Below, piece after piece: positions 8,432 through 16,549 of a DNA stretch of 64,000 bases. Both the position numbers and the translations under genes were made by a program. How positions within the stretch are numbered: the first letter of the stretch is position 1; each line of letters begins with the position of its first letter. This stretch comes from an uncultured Fimbriimonadaceae bacterium (lineage in GTDB: Bacteria; Armatimonadota; Fimbriimonadia; Fimbriimonadales; Fimbriimonadaceae), in assembly GCA_964501275.1 (NCBI GenBank), contig CAZCSP010000010.1:28798-92797 (forward strand), read 5' to 3'. The notes beneath the pieces are model-generated. The model was not told the DNA's origin. It saw only the letters and a program-made list of their open reading frames with translations, and did no database searches.

Positions 8432-8920
8432 TTGATGGCTTTCCTGTATCTGGGAGGAAAGGAATTGCAACCTGAAACGAATTCTGGAGATTTTGTCGCC
8501 GATAAGGTGATCGCGATTTTGGTCATGATAGGCGGGGCTTGCGGAGCCTGCGGCGGCTTGGGGATGGCTGGGTTTTCCGGTCTTATCGGTGCCCTTGGCG
8601 CGGCTGGTACAGCCGGTGGCGGGGGAGCAGATGCCGCGGCGGTTGCCGGGTTTGGCGCCCTCGGAACTGTGCTCGGTATTGCCTACATTGCTTTGGGAAT
8701 CGTTGCCTTCATAGGAGCCCTAGGAATGTTCAAAGCATTGCGCAAAGGCTTTAACCAGGTCATGATCGTCATGGCCATCCTTGCCATAGTGAGTCTGGTA
8801 ACGATCTTCACGTTCAACAACGTCACTGGCGGAGTCGGAAGCGCAGTATTCTACAGTGCCTTTGCCTACTACTGCTGGGGCAGGATGAACGGCAAGATTG
8901 GTCCTGCCAACCTTGCGTAG
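8432..8920 (+). CDS. Gly/Ala-rich small membrane protein, unknown function
   Basis: 162-aa ORF with hydrophobic helices and a GGACGACGGLGMAGFSGLIGALGAAGTAGGGG low-complexity region. No recognised motif. Confidence 0.6.
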   Translation: MMAFLYLGGKELQPETNSGDFVADKVIAILVMIGGACGACGGLGMAGFSGLIGALGAAGTAGGGGADAAAVAGFGALGTVLGIAYIALGIVAFIGALGMFKALRKGFNQVMIVMAILAIVSLVTIFTFNNVTGGVGSAVFYSAFAYYCWGRMNGKIGPANLA

Positions 8921-8945
8921 CCAATCCGCTTCATAATTCCTGGCG

Positions 8946-9596
8946 ATGTCCATCGCCAGGAACCTTGCCCAAATCCAAGCCCGCATCGCCCAAGCCTGCG
9001 AGAGCGTGAACCGGGATTCTGCCGACGTCACCCTTATCGCGGTCTCCAAGACTTTCTCCACCGACGACATCAAGCAAGCCTACGACGCCGGGCATCGCCA
9101 CTTTGGCGAGAGCCGTCTGCAGGAAGCTCAGCCGAAGATCGAGGCCTTGCCCATCGACATTGTCTGGCACTTCATCGGTCATCTGCAATCCAACAAAGCC
9201 AAGAAGGTTGCCCAGCTTTTCGAGGTCGTCCACACCCTCGACAGCGAATCCCAGCTCACAGAAATCACCAAGGCGGGACGCCCGATCGAGGGTTTCATCG
9301 AAGTGAATATTGCGAACGAACCGCAAAAAGCAGGTATTTCGCCCGAATCGCTTGACGAATTCGCCCAAACCGTACTAAGCTATTCCCAGGTTCATTTAAC
9401 AGGGCTGATGGCAATTGGCCCCACGGTGATCGATTCGGAGCTATCGCGGCCATTCTTCCGCCAGCTTCGGAACCACGCTCACCGCTTGGGAGTCCAAAAG
9501 CTGAGCATGGGAATGAGCCAAGACTTTGATGTGGCGATCCAGGAAGGAGCCACCCACATCAGGGTAGGAAGCGCGATCTTCGGATCTCGCGATTAG
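8946..9596 (+). CDS. yggS: YggS-family pyridoxal-phosphate homeostasis protein
   Basis: LIAVSKTFS (PLP lysine), HFGESRLQEA, WHFIGHLQSNKAKK, LMAIGP, SMGMSQDFDVAIQEGATHIRVGSAIFG. Confidence 0.9.
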   Translation: MSIARNLAQIQARIAQACESVNRDSADVTLIAVSKTFSTDDIKQAYDAGHRHFGESRLQEAQPKIEALPIDIVWHFIGHLQSNKAKKVAQLFEVVHTLDSESQLTEITKAGRPIEGFIEVNIANEPQKAGISPESLDEFAQTVLSYSQVHLTGLMAIGPTVIDSELSRPFFRQLRNHAHRLGVQKLSMGMSQDFDVAIQEGATHIRVGSAIFGSRD

Positions 9597-9605
9597 AAGG
9601 AGAAA

Positions 9606-10031
9606 TTGATCATGGAAGAGTTGGTTCTCCAGGAAAAGCCTGGACTATTTTCGCGACTTGCGGGCATGTTGCATCGTCGAGAAGACGACGAGTATGAAGA
9701 GGAGTCCACCGTAGGCTCCACCCCCGAGCACCGCGCATTCACCCTTAAGTCGGCTGCCCGATACACCGTGACCGTGCGACGCCAGATCGTGTCGTTCGAG
9801 GATGCGATGTCGGCGGCCAACGGCCTCAAGTGCGGCGAGCAACAGATTCTCAACCTGGCCACCACTGAGTCCGCCCTGCGCCAAAAGATCGTGGACTTCA
9901 TGTGCGGCGTCAACTACGCCCAAGAAGGCACATGGGAAGAGATCGGCGAGAACATCTACCTCGTCGTCCCCGCCAACGCCTACGTAGAAGTAGCCCCCGC
10001 CACGCCGAGGATGCAAGCTAGTCGGAACTAA
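9606..10031 (+). CDS. sepF: Cell division protein SepF
   Basis: 141 aa with the C-terminal SepF core (VTVRRQIVSFEDAMSAANGLKCGEQQILNL...IVDFMCGVNYAQEGTWEEIGENIYLVVP). It sits immediately downstream of yggS, as in the ylmE-ylmF arrangement. Confidence 0.85.
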   Translation: MIMEELVLQEKPGLFSRLAGMLHRREDDEYEEESTVGSTPEHRAFTLKSAARYTVTVRRQIVSFEDAMSAANGLKCGEQQILNLATTESALRQKIVDFMCGVNYAQEGTWEEIGENIYLVVPANAYVEVAPATPRMQASRN

Positions 10032-10038
10032 CGCAACT

Positions 10039-10078
10039 AATAGGACCTATTTGACTTATAAGTCCTATAGGTCCTATT
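10039..10078. repeat. Nested AT-rich palindromes: AATAGGACCTAT / ATAGGTCCTATT (12 bp perfect) enclosing GACTTATAAGTC (self-complementary)
   Basis: Read directly, between convergent sepF and hicA. The same TAGGTCC/TATAAGTCC words recur at 60501-60540. Confidence 0.75.
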
Positions 10079-10101
10079 GAAATACTCCAAGTGGGATCAA
10101 A

Positions 10102-10323
10102 TCAAAGAAGCCCAACGAACTCATCAACCGTCAGGCCAGCATCGCGGATGATCCGTCGCAAAGTGCCCTTTGGCAACTCTACATGACGGGGAATGGCAAT
10201 CGTGGCAAACGATCCTTCCCTTGTCAGAATCATGTGGCTACCCGCCTGCCTCCGAAAAACCCATCCATTGCGTTCCAAGGCTCTGCGAGTTTGGTCGCCA
10301 CTCACTACGGGAAGCTTGTTCAC
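10102..10323 (-). CDS. hicA: HicA-family mRNA interferase toxin
   Basis: 73 aa: VSGDQTRRALERNGWVFRRQAGSHMILTREG...IAIPRHVELPKGTLRRIIRDAGLT. This is the classic YcfA/HicA pattern (GSH, P-x-H, gtlr-I). Confidence 0.85.
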   Translation of the reverse strand: MNKLPVVSGDQTRRALERNGWVFRRQAGSHMILTREGSFATIAIPRHVELPKGTLRRIIRDAGLTVDEFVGLL

Positions 10324-10526
10324 GCCGCAACTTCAATCGAAACGGTCTCAAAATCGAGCGGCATCCCCAGTTCCTTGCGAACCGCAAGGCAACCCTCAAT
10401 GGCCTCTCGGACATTAGCGATCGCTTCTTCCTTCGTTCTGCCATCACTGCCACAGCCCGGAATCGCCGGAACCTCTGCGATCCAGATTCGATCCTCGTCC
10501 TGATAGAGCCTCACATCAAATCTCAT
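10320..10526 (-). CDS. hicB: HicB-family antitoxin (short, no DNA-binding domain)
   Basis: 68 aa: YQDEDRIWIAEVPAIPGCGSDGRTKEEAIANVREAIEGCL (UPF0150/HicB fold signature). It has a 4-nt overlap with hicA. Confidence 0.8.
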   Translation of the reverse strand: MRFDVRLYQDEDRIWIAEVPAIPGCGSDGRTKEEAIANVREAIEGCLAVRKELGMPLDFETVSIEVAA

Positions 10527-10550
10527 ATCAGCATTATAACGAATGGCCCT

Positions 10551-11312
10551 TTACAGCAAGCCAGCGCGGTCCAACGTGTCGTCCTTCAACTTCTCAAAGG
10601 CGATCTCCGCCAACTTCTCCAAGTTGACGACGTCTTCTCGGTTGTAGGCAATCAGCTTTTCTAAGGCATTGTCATCCCGATTGCGCTGAAACCTTTGCCA
10701 AAGCAGAATCGCGTCATAGCCATTCAGTCCCTCAAGATCGTCCCCACGAGAAATCCCAATCTCCTTCTCGATCTTCTTCAGCCCACCCCTGATTCCAACT
10801 CGGCGAAGGGTCGGACACAAATCCAAGTGAATCTGGTCGAACTTCAAACCCGGAAACCGCTTCTGAAGCATCGGCAGGTCGAACCCCGAGCCGAAGAACG
10901 TGACGATCATGCTGTAGTTGGAGATAATGTCCCGGAAGTTCTCCAGGTTATCGCCCTTCACCAGGCACTGGAAGTCCGTGCCGTCATAGAGCCCGACCAT
11001 CGTCACCGACGACCCACTCTGTCCGCCGTCAGTTTCGATGTCCAGATAAACGCACGAGGAACGGAAGTCGTTGAAGGCCCTCCATGACTCCTTCAGCCCA
11101 AGCCCTCGCGTAAAGAACTGATGCCTGCCCTCATCCAGGGCTTTGATGCTGGAGTTAACCTGGCGACGAAACGATTCCTTGTCCGCCGACCCGATCTTGA
11201 ACCGCTTCAGGTCCTCCAAATAGTGCGACCACGAGTTGCAGCCTTGCTTCCAAAGCGAGGCCTCTGTCTCGTGGCCGATTCCAGGAATATGGATAAAGGT
11301 TTGGCGAAGCAA
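10551..11312 (-). CDS. RNase H-like (YprB-type) 3'-5' exonuclease domain protein
   Basis: IPGIGHETEASLW (HhH-like N-terminus), VYLDIETDG, IVTFFGSGFDLPML and AYNREDVVNL give a DEDD-like exonuclease signature. Confidence 0.75.
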   Translation of the reverse strand: MLRQTFIHIPGIGHETEASLWKQGCNSWSHYLEDLKRFKIGSADKESFRRQVNSSIKALDEGRHQFFTRGLGLKESWRAFNDFRSSCVYLDIETDGGQSGSSVTMVGLYDGTDFQCLVKGDNLENFRDIISNYSMIVTFFGSGFDLPMLQKRFPGLKFDQIHLDLCPTLRRVGIRGGLKKIEKEIGISRGDDLEGLNGYDAILLWQRFQRNRDDNALEKLIAYNREDVVNLEKLAEIAFEKLKDDTLDRAGLL

Positions 11313-11936
11313 CTAGCCTTGGCCGCCAGTCTTGGCCTTACCCTTCTCGAATTCGTCGCGTGTCTTCACCGAGTCAGGCTGCGGTCCAAACTTTTGCTCG
11401 GGAACGCCGAAGCCGGTGCCGTAGTTGCCCCAATACTTCTTATCCTTGGGGTCGAACCAGTAATAGCCGGTTTCCAGGTCCTTGTCGAACTCGCCGTAAA
11501 GCCGTACATAGCCGTTGCCACTGAACTTGGCCTTGAGGTTTCGGCCAAACCACTGCACCGACCGGAAGCTTCCCTTGATGGTCAGTCGCCCCGTGCCGAA
11601 CCAAACCTCTTTGCCGCGCTCTCTGTTATTGTATTCACGCCGTACGTTCCCTTCCGGCACAACGGTTCCCTTCAACTCGCTGACGAGAACGCTGCCCGTG
11701 AAAGAAAAGGACAGGTCACCGCTGGGCAATACATCGCCCCGAGGCATGATCCTGAAGCTGCCCACATTGGTCTCGAACCAGAGATCGTCCCGCTCCGATG
11801 AAACCTTCATTTTTGTGTAGTCTGGTTTCTGATACTCCGTCGGCGACTGGGCAAAGACGAAGACGGCGCCAACGGCAACACATGCCATGGCTATGACCCC
11901 ATTTCTAAGGGCTTTTGAACGAGAGGGTGATTGCAT
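11313..11936 (-). CDS. Secreted protein, unknown function
   Basis: 207-aa ORF with a signal-peptide-like N-terminus (VIAMACVAVGAVFVFAQSP). It starts immediately after the next gene's stop. No recognised motif. Confidence 0.65.
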   Translation of the reverse strand: MQSPSRSKALRNGVIAMACVAVGAVFVFAQSPTEYQKPDYTKMKVSSERDDLWFETNVGSFRIMPRGDVLPSGDLSFSFTGSVLVSELKGTVVPEGNVRREYNNRERGKEVWFGTGRLTIKGSFRSVQWFGRNLKAKFSGNGYVRLYGEFDKDLETGYYWFDPKDKKYWGNYGTGFGVPEQKFGPQPDSVKTRDEFEKGKAKTGGQG

Positions 11937-12007
11937 CGTGGTAAGTTTATCTCACAGAGGATATCTGTCGCGAATATCGCGGCGTAAGAAACGTTGACTG
12001 ATCTGAC

Positions 12008-12394
12008 ATGAACATCCGATTTCGCCCCATTTTCACGGTTCTCGTCGTCGTTGCGGCGATCGTTGGCGTTTCTGTTGCATTCATTGCTAACGCCAGCCCC
12101 TACGTTTCAGTTTCCGAAGCTCGCAAAACCGGTGCCACAAACGTCCACTTGAAGGGCGACTTGGTGAAAACCAGCATTCGCAACGACTTGCAGGCCAGGG
12201 CTCTGAGGTTTGAGCTGAAGGATAAGACCGGCGAAACAATGTCGGTGGTCTACACGGGAACTCCGCCCCAAGACTTGGCGTTAGCTACCGAAGTGGTGGC
12301 CATCGGCTCGGTCAAAGATGGCGAGTTTCACTCGAACAAATTACTGATTAAATGCCCATCCAAGTACGAGGGCGAGGACAAGGCGAAGCTCTAG
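12008..12394 (+). CDS. ccmE: Cytochrome c maturation haem chaperone CcmE, CxxxY variant
   Basis: 128 aa with an N-terminal anchor helix and an OB-fold-like body. The C-terminal motif is LLIKCPSKYEG, that is C-P-S-K-Y where canonical CcmE has H-x-x-x-Y. It is directly followed by ccmF. Confidence 0.85.
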   Translation: MNIRFRPIFTVLVVVAAIVGVSVAFIANASPYVSVSEARKTGATNVHLKGDLVKTSIRNDLQARALRFELKDKTGETMSVVYTGTPPQDLALATEVVAIGSVKDGEFHSNKLLIKCPSKYEGEDKAKL

Positions 12395-12395
12395 C

Positions 12396-14777
12396 GTGGA
12401 AAATCAACTCCCCCCAATGCCCGATGCCCCCGCCTGGGGAATGGCTTTGGGGCCCCTTGGCAAAGGACTCATTTTCGCCGCCGTCGCGTTCTTCATCATC
12501 TCGACCATCGGTTGGGCCACGAAGCGAGGCGCGCTTGGCAAGGTTGGCTTTTGGCTGGGCAGCCTTAGCCTGTTTGGCGCCTTCGGCTGCCTGGCGGCGC
12601 TCTTTTTGGGCAACCAGTTCCAATACGAGTACATCTTCAGCCACAGCGAAGCGATCTTGGCCACCAAGTACAAGATCGCAGCAATCTGGTCGGGCCAACA
12701 GGGGTCGTTCCTTCTTTGGGCCGTGTGTTCCGCGATCTTTGGGTTGCTGGTCGCTCCCCGGACAGGCCAATACCGTCGCTGGTTCACCATCCCCTACGCT
12801 CTGTTCCTGGGATGTCTCGGCGCGATTCTGGCCTACGAAACGCCGTTCAACCTGATCCCTGAGATCGCCGCCATGCCCAAGGCGGTTGTTCCCCCCACTG
12901 GCACCGGCCTCACCCCCGCCCTGCAAAACTACTGGGTCATTATCCATCCGCCGACCATCTTCCTTGGCTTCGGCTCACTCACCGTCCTCTTCTGCTGGTC
13001 CATCGCCGCCATGCTGGAGCGCAATCCGCTCGACTGGGCCAAGATGGTCCGCCCTTGGGCGATCCTCTCCACCGCCATCCTCGGCCTCGGCCTCATCATG
13101 GGCGGCTTCTGGGCCTATGAGACCCTCGGTTGGGGCGGCTTCTGGGCATGGGACCCAGTGGAGAACGTCAGCTTCGTCCCCTGGGTGCTGGGAATCGGCT
13201 TGATCCACGGCCTCATTATCCAGATCACTCGCGGGCGCTACATCGGAGCCAATCTCATCCTCGCTGGACTCCCCTTTATCGCCTTTGTCTACGGCACCTT
13301 CCTCACTCGATCCGGCTTCCTTGGCGACTCCAGCGTCCATAGCTTCGCCCAAATGCAAAGAGGCGCGTTGTGGATTCTCGTCGGCTTGGGCCTGGTTTCG
13401 CTGGTCTCCTTTTTCGGCATCTACATCGCCCGAGGCCAAAGACTCTCCAGCGAATTCTCGGCGGGTCATGCTCCCAGCGGCTTGAATCGAGAAGGGCTTT
13501 ACAACTCGGGCATCTTGCTCATCAGCGCCATCGGCGCCGCCACCGCCATCGGCATGAGCATGCCGTTTCTCTCATCGCAATTCGCGAAGAGAAATGTTGC
13601 CATCGAGGAATGGCTATACCACCAGGTCCTGGGTTGGGTCTACATCCCAACAATGATCCTGATCGGCCTCGTTCCCTTCGTCGGTTGGCGCACCATGACG
13701 GCAAAGGCTCTCCTCAATCGCACGCTGAACATCTTCACCATCAGCATCGGCCTCTCTGGATTCTGCCTCCTGTTTTTTCGCCATCCGGAATGGGGCATCG
13801 GTGCCGACCTGACGAAGACCACGACGATTGCGGGCGCGATCGAGATTCCAACCGTTTTCTGGGTTACCTTCCTTGTTTTCCTCTCCATCTTTGCTTTCAC
13901 TGCCAACGTTTGGAGGATCGTCGAAACATTCCGTAAATCCCCCATGTCGATCGGAGGTTTTGTATCCCACATCGGCCTCGCCGTCTTCATGGCGGGCATG
14001 ATTGTTTCGCGAGGATTGGAGCATAAAGTTCAGATTCAAATCCAGCGCTCCCGTCCGGCCCAGGGCCTGGGCTACACCGTCGCGCTGAAGGCCGATCCCA
14101 ACCCGGAAAACCTCTTCAATCGGGACAACAAAGTGGAGTTCGATGTGCAGGGACCTGATGGGAAGTTCGTGGCGCGGCCAGGGCTCTACTACACCGACTC
14201 GAGTGATGGCCCAAGGCCAATGGTCTGGCCACATATCCAGCGGTTCGGGACCCACGACGTATACTTCACCCTCCTTCCCCCCTCCATGAACTATTGGAAG
14301 GAGCCTGTCATGCTGAAGCCGGGTGAGTCGAAGACGGATTTGGACGTCAAACTCACCTACCACGGCTACGATGTAGACGGAGAACCTGGCTCCGCCGGAA
14401 CCCGATTCATCGGCAAGGTCACCGTCGAGTATCAGCACGAGAAGTTCGATGTAAAACCAGTCTTTGCGATCGGAGCAGATCCCGATATGCCCGTAGCGGG
14501 TGAGTTTCGCGTCCTCATGACCCGCATTGATGCTGCCACGGGCGGCGCTGAGTTCCAACTCTACTTCGCTGAGGCTCTCTACCCAATCGAGTTGTATCAC
14601 AAGCCCATGACCGGTCTGGTTTGGGCGGGCGCAGGTATCCTCACGCTCGGTGGTTTGATGGCCGCGTTCTACCGACGGCCGCGAACTCCCAAGGGCCCCG
14701 AACCGCTCGACTTAGAGCCTGCCCCGGAGCCCGAAACCGAACCGGTTAAAGAAGATGCGCCTGCTCCAGTTGCTTAA
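12396..14777 (+). CDS. ccmF: Cytochrome c-type biogenesis protein CcmF (haem lyase component), long form
   Basis: 793 aa and polytopic. WWD motif WGGFWAWDPVENVSFVPW. The GTG start is 1 nt after the ccmE stop. It has a ~200-aa C-terminal periplasmic-looking extension plus a final helix and a Pro/Glu-rich tail. Confidence 0.92.
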   Translation: MENQLPPMPDAPAWGMALGPLGKGLIFAAVAFFIISTIGWATKRGALGKVGFWLGSLSLFGAFGCLAALFLGNQFQYEYIFSHSEAILATKYKIAAIWSGQQGSFLLWAVCSAIFGLLVAPRTGQYRRWFTIPYALFLGCLGAILAYETPFNLIPEIAAMPKAVVPPTGTGLTPALQNYWVIIHPPTIFLGFGSLTVLFCWSIAAMLERNPLDWAKMVRPWAILSTAILGLGLIMGGFWAYETLGWGGFWAWDPVENVSFVPWVLGIGLIHGLIIQITRGRYIGANLILAGLPFIAFVYGTFLTRSGFLGDSSVHSFAQMQRGALWILVGLGLVSLVSFFGIYIARGQRLSSEFSAGHAPSGLNREGLYNSGILLISAIGAATAIGMSMPFLSSQFAKRNVAIEEWLYHQVLGWVYIPTMILIGLVPFVGWRTMTAKALLNRTLNIFTISIGLSGFCLLFFRHPEWGIGADLTKTTTIAGAIEIPTVFWVTFLVFLSIFAFTANVWRIVETFRKSPMSIGGFVSHIGLAVFMAGMIVSRGLEHKVQIQIQRSRPAQGLGYTVALKADPNPENLFNRDNKVEFDVQGPDGKFVARPGLYYTDSSDGPRPMVWPHIQRFGTHDVYFTLLPPSMNYWKEPVMLKPGESKTDLDVKLTYHGYDVDGEPGSAGTRFIGKVTVEYQHEKFDVKPVFAIGADPDMPVAGEFRVLMTRIDAATGGAEFQLYFAEALYPIELYHKPMTGLVWAGAGILTLGGLMAAFYRRPRTPKGPEPLDLEPAPEPETEPVKEDAPAPVA

Positions 14778-15117
14778 ATCCAAGCTCCATCACGCCCACG
14801 TGACCTACGCCAACCCCGACTACGTCGGCAGCATCGAGATCGACGGCGATCTGATGAAGCACGTCGGTATCCAGGACGGCGAGATGGTCCAAATCTGGGC
14901 CGTAGACCACGGAGCCAGGCTCAATACCTACGCCTTCGCCGGTCCCAAAGGGGTTGTCGGCCTCAACGGAGGAGCCGCCCGTTTTTTTAACACTGGCGAC
15001 CGCCTCATCATCTGCGCCTTCACCTGGACTGACGAAGAGGTCACCCCCAAGATCGTCCTCCTGGACGAGAACAACGAAATCGTCCGCGACATGACGCCGT
15101 ACTCCGTGACCGGTTAA
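14755..15117 (+). CDS. panD: Aspartate 1-decarboxylase
   Basis: LKSKLHHAHVTYANPDYVGSIEID (self-processing G-S site) and VGLNGGAARFFNTGDRLII. It overlaps the ccmF 3' end by 23 nt. Confidence 0.93.
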   Translation: MRLLQLLKSKLHHAHVTYANPDYVGSIEIDGDLMKHVGIQDGEMVQIWAVDHGARLNTYAFAGPKGVVGLNGGAARFFNTGDRLIICAFTWTDEEVTPKIVLLDENNEIVRDMTPYSVTG

Positions 15118-15149
15118 CGCCCTTCGTACCCCTCAGGTAACGTCCTCCT

Positions 15150-15683
15150 ATGACGCGAATCGAGGCTTACAGGCGAGATGCAGAGTATGCGTTCAGCGAG
15201 CTCCAAAAGGCACTGGACGGGTTATCCGAGGGACATGCTTGGGCGGTTCTGCCCCCGGCGGCGGAAGACTATCTTCACACCGATGGCTCGATTCAGGGCG
15301 TGGTCTTGCATGTGGCTTCGGGCAAATGGGTGTATGGCAGCATCAGCTTTCGCAACACCGAGATTCGCTGGCGGGACGCGGCGGAGCAAATCGAAGCCTT
15401 TGAGCCATCCTGGGCAGGGGCGCTCGACTACCTGAAACGGGGTCATGAATACTGGATGGCCAGTTGGGCGTCGCTCACTGAGGAGGACTTGGACCGGGAG
15501 GTGCCGACCAACTACGCCACCGACCTGCCCGCTTGGCGCATGATTCAGATCATGAACCACCACGACTCCTATCATGCCGGACAAGTGGCCACTATGCGGT
15601 ATACCACCACGTCGACCATGAAGCCGCCAACTTCCTACGCAGAGGATATTCGCAAGTACTGCGCAGACTCAAAGCACTGGTGA
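15150..15683 (+). CDS. DinB-superfamily (four-helix, metal-binding) protein
   Basis: 177 aa with His-containing helices (VLHVASGKW, IMNHHDSYHAGQV) typical of DinB/YfiT-like proteins. Confidence 0.7.
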   Translation: MTRIEAYRRDAEYAFSELQKALDGLSEGHAWAVLPPAAEDYLHTDGSIQGVVLHVASGKWVYGSISFRNTEIRWRDAAEQIEAFEPSWAGALDYLKRGHEYWMASWASLTEEDLDREVPTNYATDLPAWRMIQIMNHHDSYHAGQVATMRYTTTSTMKPPTSYAEDIRKYCADSKHW

Positions 15684-15686
15684 CGA

Positions 15687-16499
15687 CTACGGAATCGCCC
15701 AGCGCCCCACGATCTTCCGCTGTCGGGCATCCCACTCCACCAACGCCGCATCCGGCTTGAGGTTGGCGGCAGAGCCGCCGACGGTGATGTAGTGGTTGCC
15801 TTCCGGATGGCGGGTGGGACCGTCTTTTTTGAAGGTTCCGTTTTTCGTATTCCGGTAAGCCAAGCGTGTGACGGACTCGACTTTGCCCAATGGCGTCACA
15901 TTCCCGGTGTCCCAGGTAACGGCAAAGCCATCCTTCACCGGCTTTCCGTCGGGACCGATGAATGGGTGGGGGTTGAAAGAGTCTTGAGCGCCCGAGCTGA
16001 ACGTCTCGGCGAGGAGGATCGCGGTCTCGGGGTTGGGGACGGAGCTGATCGACAGACCGCTCATTGGCATGTACATCCCGTAGGAGACAGGCATCAGCTT
16101 TCCGGTCTCGCTGTCATGGTCCAGATAGCACTCATCGGGGCTCGCCTTGGGACAGACGAAACTCTCAGCAGACTTCATGTAAGGGCGGACCAGGTAAGCC
16201 CAGGTGTAGATTCCGCCGTCTTGTTCGACATACGGCGTGATCCCATCTGCCGTCACGAATACCGGAGGCAAGCGGTCGTTGTTCTCAGCCGCATAGAGGC
16301 TGATCGCTTTGGCCAGGGCTTGGATGTTCCGCTTGCACACGAACGCATTTCGGTTCTCCAGGAGCACAAAATAGACCGGGCTGAGGACGACCGCCAAAAT
16401 CACGATGGCGATGGCGACGACCTTCACATCCTTTCGAGAAACGTAGCTGCTCTTTGGCTGTTCGTCGGTTCGTTCGAGATCCTGCGGGGCTTGGCTCAC
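15687..16499 (-). CDS. Membrane-anchored pseudopilin-like protein (H-X9-DG-like C-terminus)
   Basis: One N-terminal helix is followed by CKRNIQALAKAISLYAAENNDRLPP, as in DUF1559/type-II-pseudopilin-like proteins. The C-terminal RHPEGNHYITVGGSA resembles the H-X9-DG motif. There is no canonical prepilin cleavage motif. Confidence 0.55.
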   Translation of the reverse strand: MSQAPQDLERTDEQPKSSYVSRKDVKVVAIAIVILAVVLSPVYFVLLENRNAFVCKRNIQALAKAISLYAAENNDRLPPVFVTADGITPYVEQDGGIYTWAYLVRPYMKSAESFVCPKASPDECYLDHDSETGKLMPVSYGMYMPMSGLSISSVPNPETAILLAETFSSGAQDSFNPHPFIGPDGKPVKDGFAVTWDTGNVTPLGKVESVTRLAYRNTKNGTFKKDGPTRHPEGNHYITVGGSAANLKPDAALVEWDARQRKIVGRWAIP

Positions 16500-16549
16500 T
16501 TGAATTCCTTTCCAAACTCAACCCGACAAGGCGGGCTCAGAGTTCCTGC

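Noticed and set aside
8284-8526. 80-aa minus-strand ORF ending near the second palindrome after upp
   Set aside because: It overlaps the start of the better-supported 8432 membrane-protein gene, has no motif or Shine-Dalgarno sequence, and runs through hairpins. It is kept only as a hint for antisense transcription.
14755-14777. The 23-nt ccmF/panD overlap as evidence of a functional link between cytochrome maturation and beta-alanine synthesis
   Set aside because: Overlaps of this size are frequent in compact high-G+C genomes. No mechanistic rationale or additional evidence is visible in the sequence.
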